From assembly GCA_030264375.1 (NCBI GenBank), contig JASCQW010000032.1:31738617-31802616 (forward strand): 64,000 bases of DNA, written 5' to 3'. The notes under the pieces are model-generated. The model did not search any database, was not told the origin of the DNA, and was given only the letters and a program-made list of their open reading frames with translations. A program made the translations under genes and the position numbers. This DNA comes from Carcharhinus longimanus (lineage: Eukaryota). Shown here in pieces: positions 12,588 through 25,250 of this stretch; positions within the stretch are counted from its first letter, which is position 1; each line of letters starts with the position of its first letter.

Positions 12588-13250
12588 ATAGAATCACAGA
12601 ATGCCTACAGTGCATGAGGCCATTCGACCCATTGCACTGACAACAATCCCACTCAGGCCCTATCCCCTTAATCTCACATATTTACCCTGCTAATCCCCCT
12701 GACACTAGGGGGAAATTTAGCATGGATAATCAACCTAATCTGCACAACCTTGAAGTGTGGGAGGAAACCGGAGAACCTAGAGGAAGCACACACAGACACG
12801 GGGAGGACATGCAAACATAATCTACACTTCCCTCTGCTTTGGAAAAGCAGCCAGCACAATTAAGCATCCCACAGTTTTTGGAAATACTCTTTTCCACCTT
12901 CTTCCATCAGGAAAAGGATACAAAAGCCTGAGAACACGTACCAACCGACTCAAAAACAGCTTTTTCCCTGCTGCCATTAGATTTTTGAATGGATCTACCT
13001 CTCATTAAATTGATTTTTCTCTACACCCTAGCTATGATTGTAACACTACATTCTGCACTCTCTCCTTCTATATGTACGGTATGCTTTGTCTGCAGATCGC
13101 GCAAGAAACAATACTTTTTTACTGTATATTAATACATGTGACAATAATAAATCAAATCAGATCAAAAATCAAACAGACAGGCGCCTGAAGCTGGAATTAA
13201 GCCTGGGTGGCTGACGCTGTGAGGCAGCAGTGCTAACCAATGTGCCACCA
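12588..13250 (-). mobile_element. HE1-type V-SINE split by a Rex1 insertion
   Basis: Tail and body 12588-12818; head resumes 13173-13250. Confidence 0.85.
12819..13172 (+). mobile_element. Rex1/Babar LINE 3' end
   Basis: LFHLLPSGKGYKSLRTRTNRLKNSFFPAAIRFLNG, then 3' UTR ending TGTGACAATAATAAATCAAATC. Confidence 0.9.
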
Positions 13251-13299
13251 CTATTCTATTTTGTAGACAAGATGCTAGAAACAATAATATGTCTTTATA

Positions 13300-13850
13300 T
13301 AAAAAAATCAACAGGCACTTGGAGAAGTTTGAGTTAAGGATAGCCCAAACTTAAAAAAGGCAGTTCATGCTTGACTTAATTGAATTAAATTTGCCCATGA
13401 AGTAACAAAAAAGGTTGATGAAAGAAGACTACTGGATGTTGTTGATGTGAAATTTAGGAAAGTGCTTTACAAAGTACCACACAAAAACTGGTTAACAACT
13501 TGTGATTCATGGAATAGGAGAGTCAGAGTCAACTTTGATCTTAAAAAAACTTGGCTTTAAGACAGAAAGCAGTGAATCTTTGTAAGTAGTTATTCTTTTG
13601 AGGATAGTACGCAGTGTTGCTTCCCAGGGGTCAGTGCTCATACCACTGCTTTTTTGAAAAATGTATAAATGAATTATATATCGGAAAATTGAATAAAATT
13701 TCAAAATTTTGCCAATGATACAAACTTGAATGTTTGCAGTTTCCAAGGTTAAGAGATGACTTGATCGAAACCGAGGCTCTTGGCAGGATGGATGTGGAAA
13801 AGATGTTTCCTCTTTTTGAGGTGGCTAGAACAAGGGTTCTCTGTTTAAAA
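13300..13850 (+). mobile_element. Degenerate CR1 LINE RT fragments
   Basis: Decayed equivalents of DVVYMDFxKAFDKVPH, SVxQGSVL and FADDTKL motifs. Confidence 0.7.
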
Positions 13851-13855
13851 ATATA

Positions 13856-15177
13856 GGACCTGATTTTACCATTGCGTTGTCGTTTTCAGGTACGAAAACT
13901 TAGTAAAGTGGGGTGTGAGGCGAATAGCACGATCTGCCCCCACATCCACTCAGATTCCCACTTCACCAAGGCTTGAAAATGGCTGCATTTGCATGCATTT
14001 AATTTTACTTAATGAGCTGGATGCCCAATCTTACCCGCATTTCCCTGTTTACCATCGCCTTCGCCCGTCCAGATTCAGCACGTAACAGGCATGTTCGGTA
14101 AAGGTCTGTTTCGGGCACTCCAGCTTCTGAAGAGGTATGTTCAGAGCTTCCAACGNNNNNNNNNNNNNNNNNNNNNNNNNNNNNNNNNNNNNNNNNNNNN
14201 NNNNNNNNNNNNNNNNNNNNNNNNNNNNNNNNNNNNNNNNNNNNNNNNNNNNNNNNNNNNNNNNNNNNNNNNNNNNNNNNNNNNNNNNNNNNNNNNNNNN
14301 NNNNNNNNNNNNNNNNNNNNNNNNNNNNNNNNNNNNNNNNNNNNNNNNNNNNNNNNNNNNNNNNNNNNNNNNNNNNNNNNNNNNNNNNNNNNNNNNNNNN
14401 NNNNNNNNNNNNNNNNNNNNNNNNNNNNNNNNNNNNNNNNNNNNNNNNNNNNNNNNNNNNNNNNNNNNNNNNNNNNNNNNNNNNNNNNNNNNNNNNNNNN
14501 NNNNNNNNNNNNNNNNNNNNNNNNNNNNNNNNNNNNNNNNNNNNNNNNNNNNNNNNNNNNNNNNNNNNNNNNNNNNNNNNNNNNNNNNNNNNNNNNNNNN
14601 NNNNNNNNNNNNNNNNNNNNNNNNNNNNNNNNNNNNNNNNNNNNNNNNNNNNNNNNNNNNNNNNNNNNNNNNNNNNNNNNNNNNNNNNNNNNNNNNNNTC
14701 TGGTGAGGGGGAAAGGGGGGGCAGGGGCAAAGAGGAGTCCGCTACCTCTCTGCTGGCGATTGGTGAGGGGGGGAGGTGGGGAGGAGGGGGGATGTGGGCC
14801 AGGGGTCATGATCAATTTGGGTAGCGGGGGGCTGGGTAGATAAGGGGGACAATTATGTTGTGGAGGTGGGGCAATATCTGTGAGGGCCATTGCTCCCGCT
14901 TTTCGTCCCTGGGTCACTTTATCTGCTTTTTGCAGCCCAGGAGTGACCTAACAGGGGAACGTTTTTCAAGCCTTTTTTAACTGTGCCTGCGCAGTTCACA
15001 GCTCCAATCGGAGCAGCAGCGTTTCGGGCGCGCTAAGCCCCGCCCACAGCATGATTCAGACTGGCGATTTTTTTTCCAGGCTGAGTGCACACGAGGGCGC
15101 CTGAGAACAGGTTTCCAAGTCAGATCTGAATTGCGCTCAGATTCAGCAACTGGAATCAAAATGGTAAAATCGCCCCC
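13856..15177. mobile_element. Non-autonomous TIR element spanning an N gap
   Basis: GGACCTGATTTTACCATT ... AATGGTAAAATCGCCCCC; 5' part homologous to 58906-59180. Confidence 0.7.
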
Positions 15178-15211
15178 AAAGAGCGGGATTTTTCCAAAAA
15201 ATTCCTTACGG

Positions 15212-15338
15212 GGGTGGGATTTTCCGGCTGCGTTCACCCCAAGGTCAAGAAATCCCACCTGTGGTCAACGGACCTTTGCATGATCCGTGCCCTGCCCGCT
15301 ATGATTCCTGTGGCAGGCGGGTTGGGAAAATTCCACCC
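15212..15338. mobile_element. ~127 bp MITE
   Basis: TIRs GGGTGGGATTTTCC / GGAAAATTCCACCC; related to 31621 and 60413 copies. Confidence 0.8.
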
Positions 15339-17557
15339 TAAATGTCTGTTGTGGGAAATTCTTTTCGGTGGCCTGATTAAGTTAAAGAGTAAATCTTTTC
15401 ATTAACCATTTCATTCCACAAAGACAAAAAAAGTTTATTCAATTCAATGAAATTCTTCACTTAAACTAGTTTTTATTAAAACATTGAAATGTTAGAATCA
15501 AAAACATTATAAATTAACAATATTCAGACAAACATACAATTAGGGCAAAACAAATCTCATTTTGGCCAAAATGAGAGATCAATAGTTCCATCTACGCAAT
15601 TAATGAGCTAGTAGGCTTTCACAAAAGATCTCAGATTTCATGCCAAAAAGTAGAATAGTTGTACTTTTTTTTAATCAGATTAATCAGCCCAGCACTTAAT
15701 TAACAGCAATTTTATTAATTCACTGATCTGTCAATCTACTGATGACACGTCTTTCAATCAATAATTCTCTGACATCTTCAAATATATCTCTGTTATTCGT
15801 CAGTCTGTTTTACTGAAGTTCTCCCCCAGAAATGGCTTCTTATGATTCAGCATTTTCTCGAACCAATTTAAACCAGTTCTATTGAAGGCACATTTATCTA
15901 TTGGACTTATTTTCCCCGGCTTTAGATATGTATTGGTAATTTACTTTGTTGCATTATTTGCGCCTGACTTGTGCTGATACCTTTCATGAATACATCTTTC
16001 ATTTTAATGGCATGTTAAAAAACAATTCTTAGAGACATTAAGATGTTACTTACATATTTTGTATTATTCTCAAACCACATATTAAAATGTTAGCTGCTAG
16101 GGCATTTAGAATTAAGTAGAATTCTCAACTACAGTGTCAAAACAGGGGGAAAAATGGGGCGAACTGCGTTGGCCGCTCAGGTGTGCTCCGCATTGTAATC
16201 TTTCGACACTCAGTCACTTTTTTGTAGAGTGCTAGTTCTGCACCAGTACTTGGAGGAGACGGGGTGGGGAGGGTGGTGGTGTGGTGCCTATACATGCCTG
16301 TGAGTTGGCTGCAGAGGGCTCAGGCGCTGTTTCACAAGGATGCCCTGATCTCACAGTGCACTGGGAGACTCCCTCCCTCCACAGATATCAGCAGCATGCT
16401 TCACCCTTTACCCGCACCAGGACCCTCCCGATGTGTGCCGCTGCCAGACCCCTAACATGGTCCCCCATAATGACTCCCTCCAAGATAAACCCCTGTATGA
16501 CCCCACTTGCATCGCCCCCACCCAGGCACCGCCCCCCCGCCCCAACACCACCCCAGCATTGTTCCTGACTCATAGGTGTGCCCAACTGGCATCGCAGGTG
16601 CCTGGTTGCCACTGCCATAGTGTTCACTGGGCACCACCGGGTAGGCCATGGCCAGCCATTCCCCAATCACCCAGGGGGCCTCAATGGCCTCTCAGCCTCC
16701 AACGTGACCATCGCGCCAGGTCGACACCAGTGAAGACCAGTAGTGTTTCTTGTCATTGTGGCGCTGGAGGATTCCATGCGCTAAGTTTCGAATGGGTTCT
16801 GCTTATTTAGATGCTACTTTATATATGCTAATTGGCTTTGTGCCATTTCTGGGCAAGCAGTTCACGCCATTGAAGAGGGGTCGGGACTGTAGCAAACATT
16901 TGGTGCTGGGCGCCAATCAGATTTTTAGCATCGTATGCTAGTTTCCGGGTGAGGCAAGGTGGTAAAATCGCACACGGTGTATTTAAATATGTTAATCTGG
17001 GAGTGGTGCAGGGAGGATTGCAACTGGGTTTCACGTCAACACTGAACACACTAAATCTCTCACCTGTGATTGTTAGGCCCCGCTCTGCTCTAACGCAATG
17101 TGTGCCAGGCGTGACACAGCCTGAAAATTGTGGCTGTTACACCTAAAGAAGGAACAAAACAATTGTAGAGCTTGATCAGTCAGTTGAACTCATTGGCCAA
17201 TCAGACTAGACCAGAGGCAATTTTGCTGTGATGAAGTTGAGAATTAACTTCTAAACTACAAAATGTTTTAAGAACAAATAAAGGTGGAGAAAACTAAAAC
17301 TCAAATTCCCTTCAGGTGATCCAAAGAATTTAAAGCTTATCATCTCTGGTGATATTTCACACACTAACCTTCCTGATGGGTACTGTTCGGTGAGAATAGG
17401 AAGTCCTATAACCCAGGAAGCTAAGAAAATAAAGAGTGTTGTTAAAAGTTGTCTGTTGAATTATTTTCTTATTTACATGCACGGAGCATCTCATTGGTGC
17501 TATCCTGGAAAGAGACACAGTTCATCCTTCACCCGTCATGTTGGAGCTCCATTTTTT

Positions 17558-17897
17558 TCTATTCATTTGTGGGACATGGGCATCGCTGGCTGGCAAGATG
17601 CCCGAGGGCAGTTGAGAGTCAACCACACTGCTATGGCTCTGGAGTTACATGTAGGCCAGACCAGGTAAGGACAGCAGATTTCCTTTCCTAGAGGATATTA
17701 GTGAACCAGATGGGTTTTTCCAACGATTGACAATGACTTCATGGTCATCAGTAAATTCTTAATTCCAGATTTTTTTATTAAATTGAATTCAAATTCCACC
17801 ACCTGTTGTGGTAGGATTCGAATCCAGGTCCCCAGAACATTAGTTGAGTTTCTGGATTAATAATTTCACAATAATACCACGAGGCCATTGCCTCCCA
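17558..17897 (-). mobile_element. tRNA-derived SINE family B
   Basis: Near full-length reverse complement, B box GATTCGAATCC. Confidence 0.85.
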
Positions 17898-18520
17898 TGT
17901 TAAACATTGGTTCCCACTTTAAATTCCTGGTGGGATAGCAGAGAACTGCAAGGGCATTGATGGAGTGGCAGTGATGAGTGCTTGAATGCTGTAATTCTGA
18001 GAGAGAATGGCAGCTTTATGGTCCGTGAAGCCTCCCCCACCTCACTGTGGGGGGAATTTTCCCTAAAAATGGCAGTGTCAGGATCAGACATCAGCATTTT
18101 TCTCTCCAGAAAAACAGCAGAGTTTTCATTCCAGATTTTCTGGTACTCAGTGCACAGAAAAACTGGGGGGATGGGTTGCACCATCACCCTGACAGGACAG
18201 AGCCTGATAGAGCCAGCAAGGCCAGCCTGGCAGATATCAGGCACCATCTTTAAAGTGTGTCCTAATTTGCACTGCAAACAAACTCCTCCCACCCTTACAT
18301 AGAGGGAGGACCCTCCCCCACACAAGCATTGGGCCAACCTACATTGGGGCATTCTCCACTTGGGCATCGCCCCTCTCAGTCATGCCCTCTCCCATCACTT
18401 GCATCACCCTCCTCCTTCACAGGGAGGCACTACCTTCTCTCTTCATAGGCATCGGCCCTCCACCCTTCACCACAATGGGGCTATCGAGCAGATCCTATGG
18501 CACTGCCATCCTTACCTGTG

Positions 18521-19807
18521 TGTCTGTGTAGTGTTTGCAGATTCTTCCTATGTCTGCATGGGTTTCTTCCGGGTACCCTGGTTTCTTTGTAAGTACATAA
18601 GNNNNNNNNNNAGATGCTCTGTCAGAGAGTTGGTGCAGACTCAGTGGGCCAAATGGCCTCCTTTTACACTGTAGAGATCCTATGATTCTATGCAGAAGGA
18701 AAACAATGCAAACTAAATATATGCATCTTTGACCTGAAAGATGTCACTAGTGTCCAAATGCTCCGGTAAGATATTTTAGCAAAATACAGTCCCATATTTT
18801 GCAAAAATAGATTGAACACTATGTTTTATTGGTATCATAAAGGACAGCCTTCAGATATGTTCATGATGCATGTTCATGATTTCTTATCGATAGTTCTGTT
18901 GAATTGAGAAATGTATTACAAATAGGATTAGAGAAGAATTTATATTGGTTTATATATTAAGCAAAATAAGTCTGGAATAACTTGAATTCAATAATCTCAT
19001 CCAGGGACTGTCACATGATTGGTTTTTGTTTTTGAATACCACTAGTGGTTTGTATCAGCGTGACGCCATGCTGGCTGAGTGGGACAAAATGGTAAGGGTG
19101 GAGGTAATAGTGTTAAACCCTATAATTAGATGCAAATTTGTTTTAAAATATGCTAATCAGGCTCCAATCCTTCCTGGATGTAAACCTGATTGCACCATCA
19201 GAGGGAAATGGGGAAGATGTAACTGATACCTCACCGACACAAATTCCATTTTGGGCCTCTCACAAGATTTAGTGGCCATTATGGAATTTGCGCCTGTGGC
19301 TAGCACAGCCAGTAGATTGAGATGACAGTCCCTAGATGAGATTGTTGAATTCAAGTTATTCCAGACTTATTTTGTTTAATATATCATCCAATATAAATTC
19401 TTCTCAAATCCTATGAGTAACACATTTCTCAATTCAACAGAACTATCGATAAGAAATCATGAACATGTCTGAAGACTGTCCTTTATGATACCAATAAAAC
19501 ATTGTGAATGATCTATTTTCGCAATATATCAGTAACTATATTTGGCTAAAATATCTTACTGGAGCATTTGGACACTGGAGACATCTTTCAGGTCAAAGAT
19601 GCATTTGTTTAGTTTGCATTGTTTTCCTTCTGCATAGAATCATAGGATCTTTACAGTGTAAAAGGAGACCATTAGTCTACATGAATTCTCTCACAGAGCA
19701 TTTAACTCAGGCCCACCCCTTATGACGTCATGTATTTACGAAGAAACCAGGATATCCAGAAGAAACCCACACAGACGTAGGAAGAATCTGCAAACTCTAC
19801 ACAGACA
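18521..19807. repeat. Inverted duplication, arms 18521-19013 and 19323-19807
   Basis: Arms align in reverse complement over ~490 bp, including a SINE tail and its AT-rich flank. Confidence 0.95.
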
Positions 19808-19870
19808 GCCACCCAAGGCTGGAATTGAACCTGTGTCCCTGGCACTGTGAGATAGCAGTGCCACCACGCC
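19634..19870 (-). mobile_element. HE1-type V-SINE, internally deleted
   Basis: Tail CATAGAATCATAGGATC at 19633, head ending near 19870. Confidence 0.85.
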
Positions 19871-19871
19871 A

Positions 19872-22800
19872 ATCTGCTGCCACTTTGGGAAACTTCATGA
19901 AAGCAATGTCAATTGATCTACACTCCCATGAATGTCTATGGCCAAAAGAGCATGTGATTAAATGTTCTTTTAGCATCATGACTGTTTATCTTACCATGTT
20001 TTTTATATTTCCTATGATCCATTCTTTAAATGAATAACAAGTCTCCACAATCGAAGTCCGTATCAAATTGACTAATGTGATATCTCTGTCCTCTCCAAAG
20101 TTTCTCAAAGACATCACATTTGATGAAAAGCTGTCTCTGCATGGTAGACATTCAAATGTTTCAAAGGAAATGGAACGCATTGTATTATTTGCTAGCACAG
20201 GAAAGCAAACACTCAGAACAGAAGGCAATTTGAGATTTCACCCATAATCTAATCGATAGGGATTATCCTTCAAACAACTGGAGTGAATTCATGAAATGCC
20301 CGTCCTAACACATTGGCCAACTTGTTTGATCATTTAAAATTTTATGTTAAATTTTAGCAATGAATGTATGAGAGTCTATTGCTGAAAGGATATGCAGCTG
20401 CTGTATTCATAGCTGTAATGTTCATATTTTTACACGTCTTAGAAATTGCTGCTGGCAAATTTCTCTCTATTATCAAACAGAAACTTCATTAATGTCACAG
20501 TCTAGTTATTTACCAATTTTCCATGACTTTTGTCAACAACCCTTTTGTTTCTGAATGTCTAAATCTGGCCACCAACTGTGGAATGGAAATATATCTGTTT
20601 TTGTTCTATACCTTTGGGTCCATCTCAATTATCTTGTTAGGCTTATAACAGGGCAGAGTGGAATTCTGTAAGACATTTTTTTTACAGATTTCACAATGCA
20701 CATTAGCTTCTTCTATTAGCGTTTTATATTCTTTTTCTGACACATGCCTTTTTTGTAGAATGTTTAAACTTTGTTGGGTAAATAAACTGTCTATGTAGCC
20801 TAAGACTTCTTGATTCCTCTGATTCTTATCTGCCAATTTAATTAATAGTTGTTTAACATTCTAATCAGGGGTACCACGTTTTGTAAAAGTGATACAGTAA
20901 TGTCTTGAATTGGTAAACCACACATCAAGTGATTCTGCAAAAACAATTTCCTTACCACGTTCCATGTTGTGGTTCACTTGTGCTTTTTAATGGAAGGTGT
21001 GTTCAACAATATAGGTATGTCACTCTGGATGACATTGGTACTTGTAAAATGGCTTACTCTAGCGATTTTACATGGAATGCAAACTCTCCTTGGTGACCTC
21101 AATGTGTTGTCAATGGTTTGGTTTGTAGTCCTTTATGTATACTGTCTTCCGGCTCAATGAGTTTTTGCTACCCTGTGACTTGGAGATGGTCAGTGTTTAG
21201 CTTTTCTTAGAATTTTTCATTTACATTAATTTTATGCAATGCAAGACCTCATGGTAAGTATATTTGTTCTTCAGACAGACTGTGTCATGTGTGTTCTCTT
21301 GGGAGTCTATTGACTACCTGACCCTGAATATTGTGCTTGCATCATCATTGTCTAATAAACTAACCTTTGACCCTTTACTCACTAATCATCAAATATAAAG
21401 TATTTACATTCATTGATTTTGCAGTCATGGTTTACCCAATCTGTCCCAAGCACTACCTATTACTTCAAAGTTAAACAATTAACACATTCATCACAGTACT
21501 TAAACTCCTTGCAACCACTATATTTTGTTCAGATTTACAATAAAATTCATCCTCAAACTTCTCTTTGTGTCATTTCAAGGACCTTCAGCAGAATTTTCCC
21601 TTGCCTCTTCATTTTAGGTATTTTTCTGCACATAATGGTATCCTAAATTATATTTGAGCCACCTAGTGACTATGCCTGGAATTTGTTCAACAATATTATT
21701 GCTGTAGTTTTGACTTCTGCCGTAAGAGGCAAATCTACTAAAAGTGTTTTCAACCCTCATTCAGCATGTCTTTAATCTTTCCATTGTATTGATGCCTGCT
21801 TGCAGTATCCTGATTATTTTGAAATCTGGCAGCATTATGCCTTCTATTCATTGCATAACCACAAGAATATCTCATCTGTTCCACAAAGGAAATAACTGCT
21901 TCCTTGGGATATTTTATAAGGCAGTAGACATTTGATTCAACAGGACCTTCTCTTCCAAGGTGCAAACCCCAGTAAGAAAGAGTAATCCCAGCATACGAGA
22001 AAATTTAACCTATCCATTGATTTAAATGGTAGTGTCGGTTTGGGGATCTCCAAATTGAATTTTATTAACCTTTCATGCAATGTGGTGAAGTCCATGACAT
22101 ATTCTTCTGTGGAATGACCATCTGTTATTTTGAAGTCTATCAAATTCTGCCTACGCTTTGTTGTAGGAAATTTACCACTTCGGAGTCAGACTTGGAGGTT
22201 TCAACAATACAGTTTTATTTTGGGCAAAGCTTTGGGAGGAAGCACTGGTGATCCGCATTACTTGGCAGCTACCTTCTCAACTACACAATGGTAGTTGATT
22301 ATTTTATACCTTTTAGACAATAGACAGCACAAATATTGGCGGTTAACATATCGTTACAAGTTGAGTAGACAGATACGGACATCGACAGTTAACACATCGT
22401 TACAAGTGGACAGGTATGGACATGGACAGTTAACATGTCATTGTTCATAGAATGGATACGTTTATGCAGTTATGTCCTCTATCAATGACTGATTTCAATC
22501 TGTACATCCAATGGCTGATTTTGTTACATTTATGTATTTATGTCCCCATCTGGGTCTGACCTTTTTATCAGACTCATTGTTCTGGGTCTGCTCTTATCTA
22601 GAGTGCCTCAAGCTCTGACCAGCTTCCTGCAGCAGTTCAGATACTGCAGGTTTTAATTTTTTGTGTAACTGTCTGTGCCTAAAGCCAGTGCCTCTTAATG
22701 TCCCTTCCCAGGTAACCTTTATGTGTAACAGGTAACCATTTTGTGTCCATCACTTTTAATTCCACCATAGCAGCTTCATAGGAGTTTATCAGATCATGTT

Positions 22801-22900
22801 TCTTGTAGACTTCATCCAAGAACTTCCAGAGAAGTGTTATGATCCAATATGGCACCTCTAACAATTAAAAAGAAATCAAATACCTAATTTTATCCAATAG
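19872..22900 (-). mobile_element. Decayed Ty1/Copia (GalEa-like) gag-pol
   Basis: Minus strand in order: gag KFLDEVYKKHDLINSYEA / EEYVMDFTTLHERLIKFNLEIP; integrase CEICKK..EMDPKV and NSLQ..LPSVL; RT start SWECRSIDI. Integrase precedes RT. Confidence 0.8.
22159..22772 (-). mobile_element. Solo LTR (Gypsy or ERV type) inserted in Copia gag
   Basis: TG...CA ends, GCTT TSD at 22155-22158 and 22773-22776, minus-strand TATAAAA (~22305) then AATAAA (~22216). Confidence 0.8.
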
Positions 22901-22978
22901 AGTCACTCCATAACCTTTACCGTTTTTCAAACAAGACAAACTTTATTGCACATAAACAAATTAAAGAAAGCCAATATG

Positions 22979-23275
22979 GGAATGGCACAGCGGCGCATAG
23001 TTAGTATTACTGTCTGACAGCACCAGGGACCTGGGTTCAGTTCGCGGTTTGGGTCACTGTCTGTGTGGAGTCTGCACATTTTCCTTGTGTCTGTGTGGGT
23101 TTCCTCCAGGTGCTCTGGTCTTCTCCCACAGTCCGAAAGACATGCAGGTTCGGAGCATTGACCATTCTAAATTCTCCCTCAGTATACCTGAACAGGCAGT
23201 GGAGTGTGGCAATTCGGGGATTTTCACAATAGCTTCATTGCAGTGTTAATGTAAGCCTACTTGTGACAATTTATT
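22979..23275 (+). mobile_element. V-SINE with alternative (Rex1-like) tail
   Basis: Same structure as 5212-5510. Confidence 0.9.
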
Positions 23276-23439
23276 TGGTGAGATTCACATCACCAACATG
23301 AACCTCCTCACCCCAACTACTGCAATTTCAATCTGATCGCTTTTAGGGACACAGTGAATCACACTTAACGCCCACCATCTACATACAACTAACCTTAAAT
23401 AATAGTTCAACTAAGATGTTACAAAGTTCTCTGCAATTA

Positions 23440-23865
23440 TTCTTTTAGATTGGAAAACAATGCATGTCATTCCATCATTTATAAAAGGTGACCATAGGGA
23501 AATTAAGGAATTATATAAAGCAACTAGCCTAACTTTAATTGTCAGGAAATTATTAGAGTCTATAATAGGAGGAATGTACACCTTAACATTTTCCAGTGAT
23601 CAGAGAGAGCCAGCGTGAGTTATTAAAAGGGTAGGTCCTGCCTACCAAATCCAATGACATTTTCTGAAGGCATGACTGATGTACCGAACAAAGGAATATC
23701 CCATGGACCTTATTTATTTATGTGGATTTCCAGAAGGCATTCAAAATATCCCTCATAAGAGATATCTAATCAGAATTGAATTCCATCAAATTGAAGACAA
23801 ATTATTGACCTGGTTAGGAAATTGGTTGAGCAACAGGAGATAGAGAGTAGGAGTGATGGGCAGGT
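23440..23865 (+). mobile_element. Degenerate CR1 LINE RT fragment
   Basis: Decayed SLT..RKLLES, GRSCL, YVDFQKAF and WLGNWLSNRR.RV motifs. Confidence 0.75.
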
Positions 23866-24058
23866 TTTTCTTTTTATTTATTCATAGGATGTGGGTGTTG
23901 CTGACTGGGCCCACATTTTTTGTCCAACCTTAGTTGCCCTTCAACTAAGTGACTTGCTAATTCATTTCAGAGGGCAATTAATAGACTCCATTGAGGTGGA
24001 TTCAGAGTCAGATTTGGGACAGACCAGGGTAAGGACAGCAGGTTTCCTTCCCTAAAGT
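23866..24058 (-). mobile_element. SINE family B 3' half
   Basis: Homology to 9350 and 17558 copies. Confidence 0.75.
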
Positions 24059-24344
24059 CCAGAGTGTGGAATGAGGAGGAAGTGAGGTGTGAGAAGAAAG
24101 ATTAGATTTGAGGATATTACCATCATTGATAGTTTCAGTCCCATTGCTGGCCACATCCTCAAAAATGGCCATTCTGATAGCACTGTCACTTCTATGGGGT
24201 TAATATGGGCAAACCTGCCACCTTTCAGTTTGCTACTGCTGCCCCCGGCTGTGTGCTACTTAGTCCTGAAAGACACAACCAAATGAACCAGTGAATATTG
24301 CACAATTTATTTGAATATTGGAGCTGATCCGTTTGGAACCTCAA

Positions 24345-25015
24345 GGAGTTGGTTTGCAGGCGCAGCAGGTAATTAAGAAGGCAAATGGAATTTTGTCCTT
24401 TGTTGCTAGAGGGACGGAGTTTAAAAACAGCTAGGTTATGTTAAGCTATATAAGGTGCTGGTGAGGCCACACCTGGAATACTGTGTACAGTTTTGGTCTC
24501 CTTACTTGAGAAAGGATATACTGACACTGGATGGGGTGCAGAGGAGATTCACTAAGTTGATTCCAGAGTTGAGAGGGTTGGCTTATGAGGAGAGACTGAG
24601 TAGACTGGGGCTATACTCATTAGAATTCAGAAGAATGAGGGAAGATCTTATAGAAACATATAAGATTATGAAGGGAATAGATAAGATAGAAGCAGGGAAT
24701 TTATTTCCACTGGTAGGCGAAACTAGAATTAGAGGGTATAGCCTCAAAATGAGGGGAAGCAGCTGTAGGATTGAGTTGAGGAGGAACTTCTTCACACAAA
24801 GGATTGTGAATCCGTGGAATTCCCTGCCCAGTGAAATAGTTGAGGCTACTTCATTGTATGTTTTTAAGGCAAAGATAGATTCACCTTTGAACAGTAAAGG
24901 AATTAAGGGTTATAGTATGTTAGCAGGTAAGTGGAGCTGAGCCCATGAAAATATCAGTCATAATCTTATTGAATGGTGGAGCCTACTCCTGCTCCGAGTT
25001 CTTATGCTCTTATGC
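24345..25015 (+). mobile_element. CR1/HER1 LINE 3' end
   Basis: ORF 24455-24940 LVRPHLEYCVQFWSP..RRNFFTQRIVNPWNSLP; TTCTTATG tail. Confidence 0.95.
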
Positions 25016-25095
25016 TTTTATAAAGCAGTGGTTCAGTATAAGAATTATTGCATCTGCTACTAACAGGCATGATTTACTTTCTTCTGGGTTTCCTG

Positions 25096-25250
25096 CACAC
25101 TGTAAGAAGTTTCACAACACCAGGTTAAAATCCAACAGGTCTATTTGGTAGTAAAAGCCACTAGCTTTTGGAGCGCTGCCCCTTCATCAGGTGAGTGGGA
25201 GTTCTATTCACAAACAGGGCATATAAAGACACAATACCAGGCATCCCTCT
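25096..25250 (-). mobile_element. Penelope-like pLTR fragment with mutated hammerhead
   Basis: Minus strand CAC CTGATGA A GGGGC AGC GCTCC AAAA GC TA GTG. Confidence 0.75.

Noticed and set aside
14005-14917. Long ORFs of roughly 140-350 aa here and at 32856-33945, 49112-49556 and 61187-61779
   Set aside because: They are open only because they cross N gaps
24455-24940. 161-aa ORF as a host gene
   Set aside because: It is the C-terminus of CR1 ORF2 followed by the LINE tail
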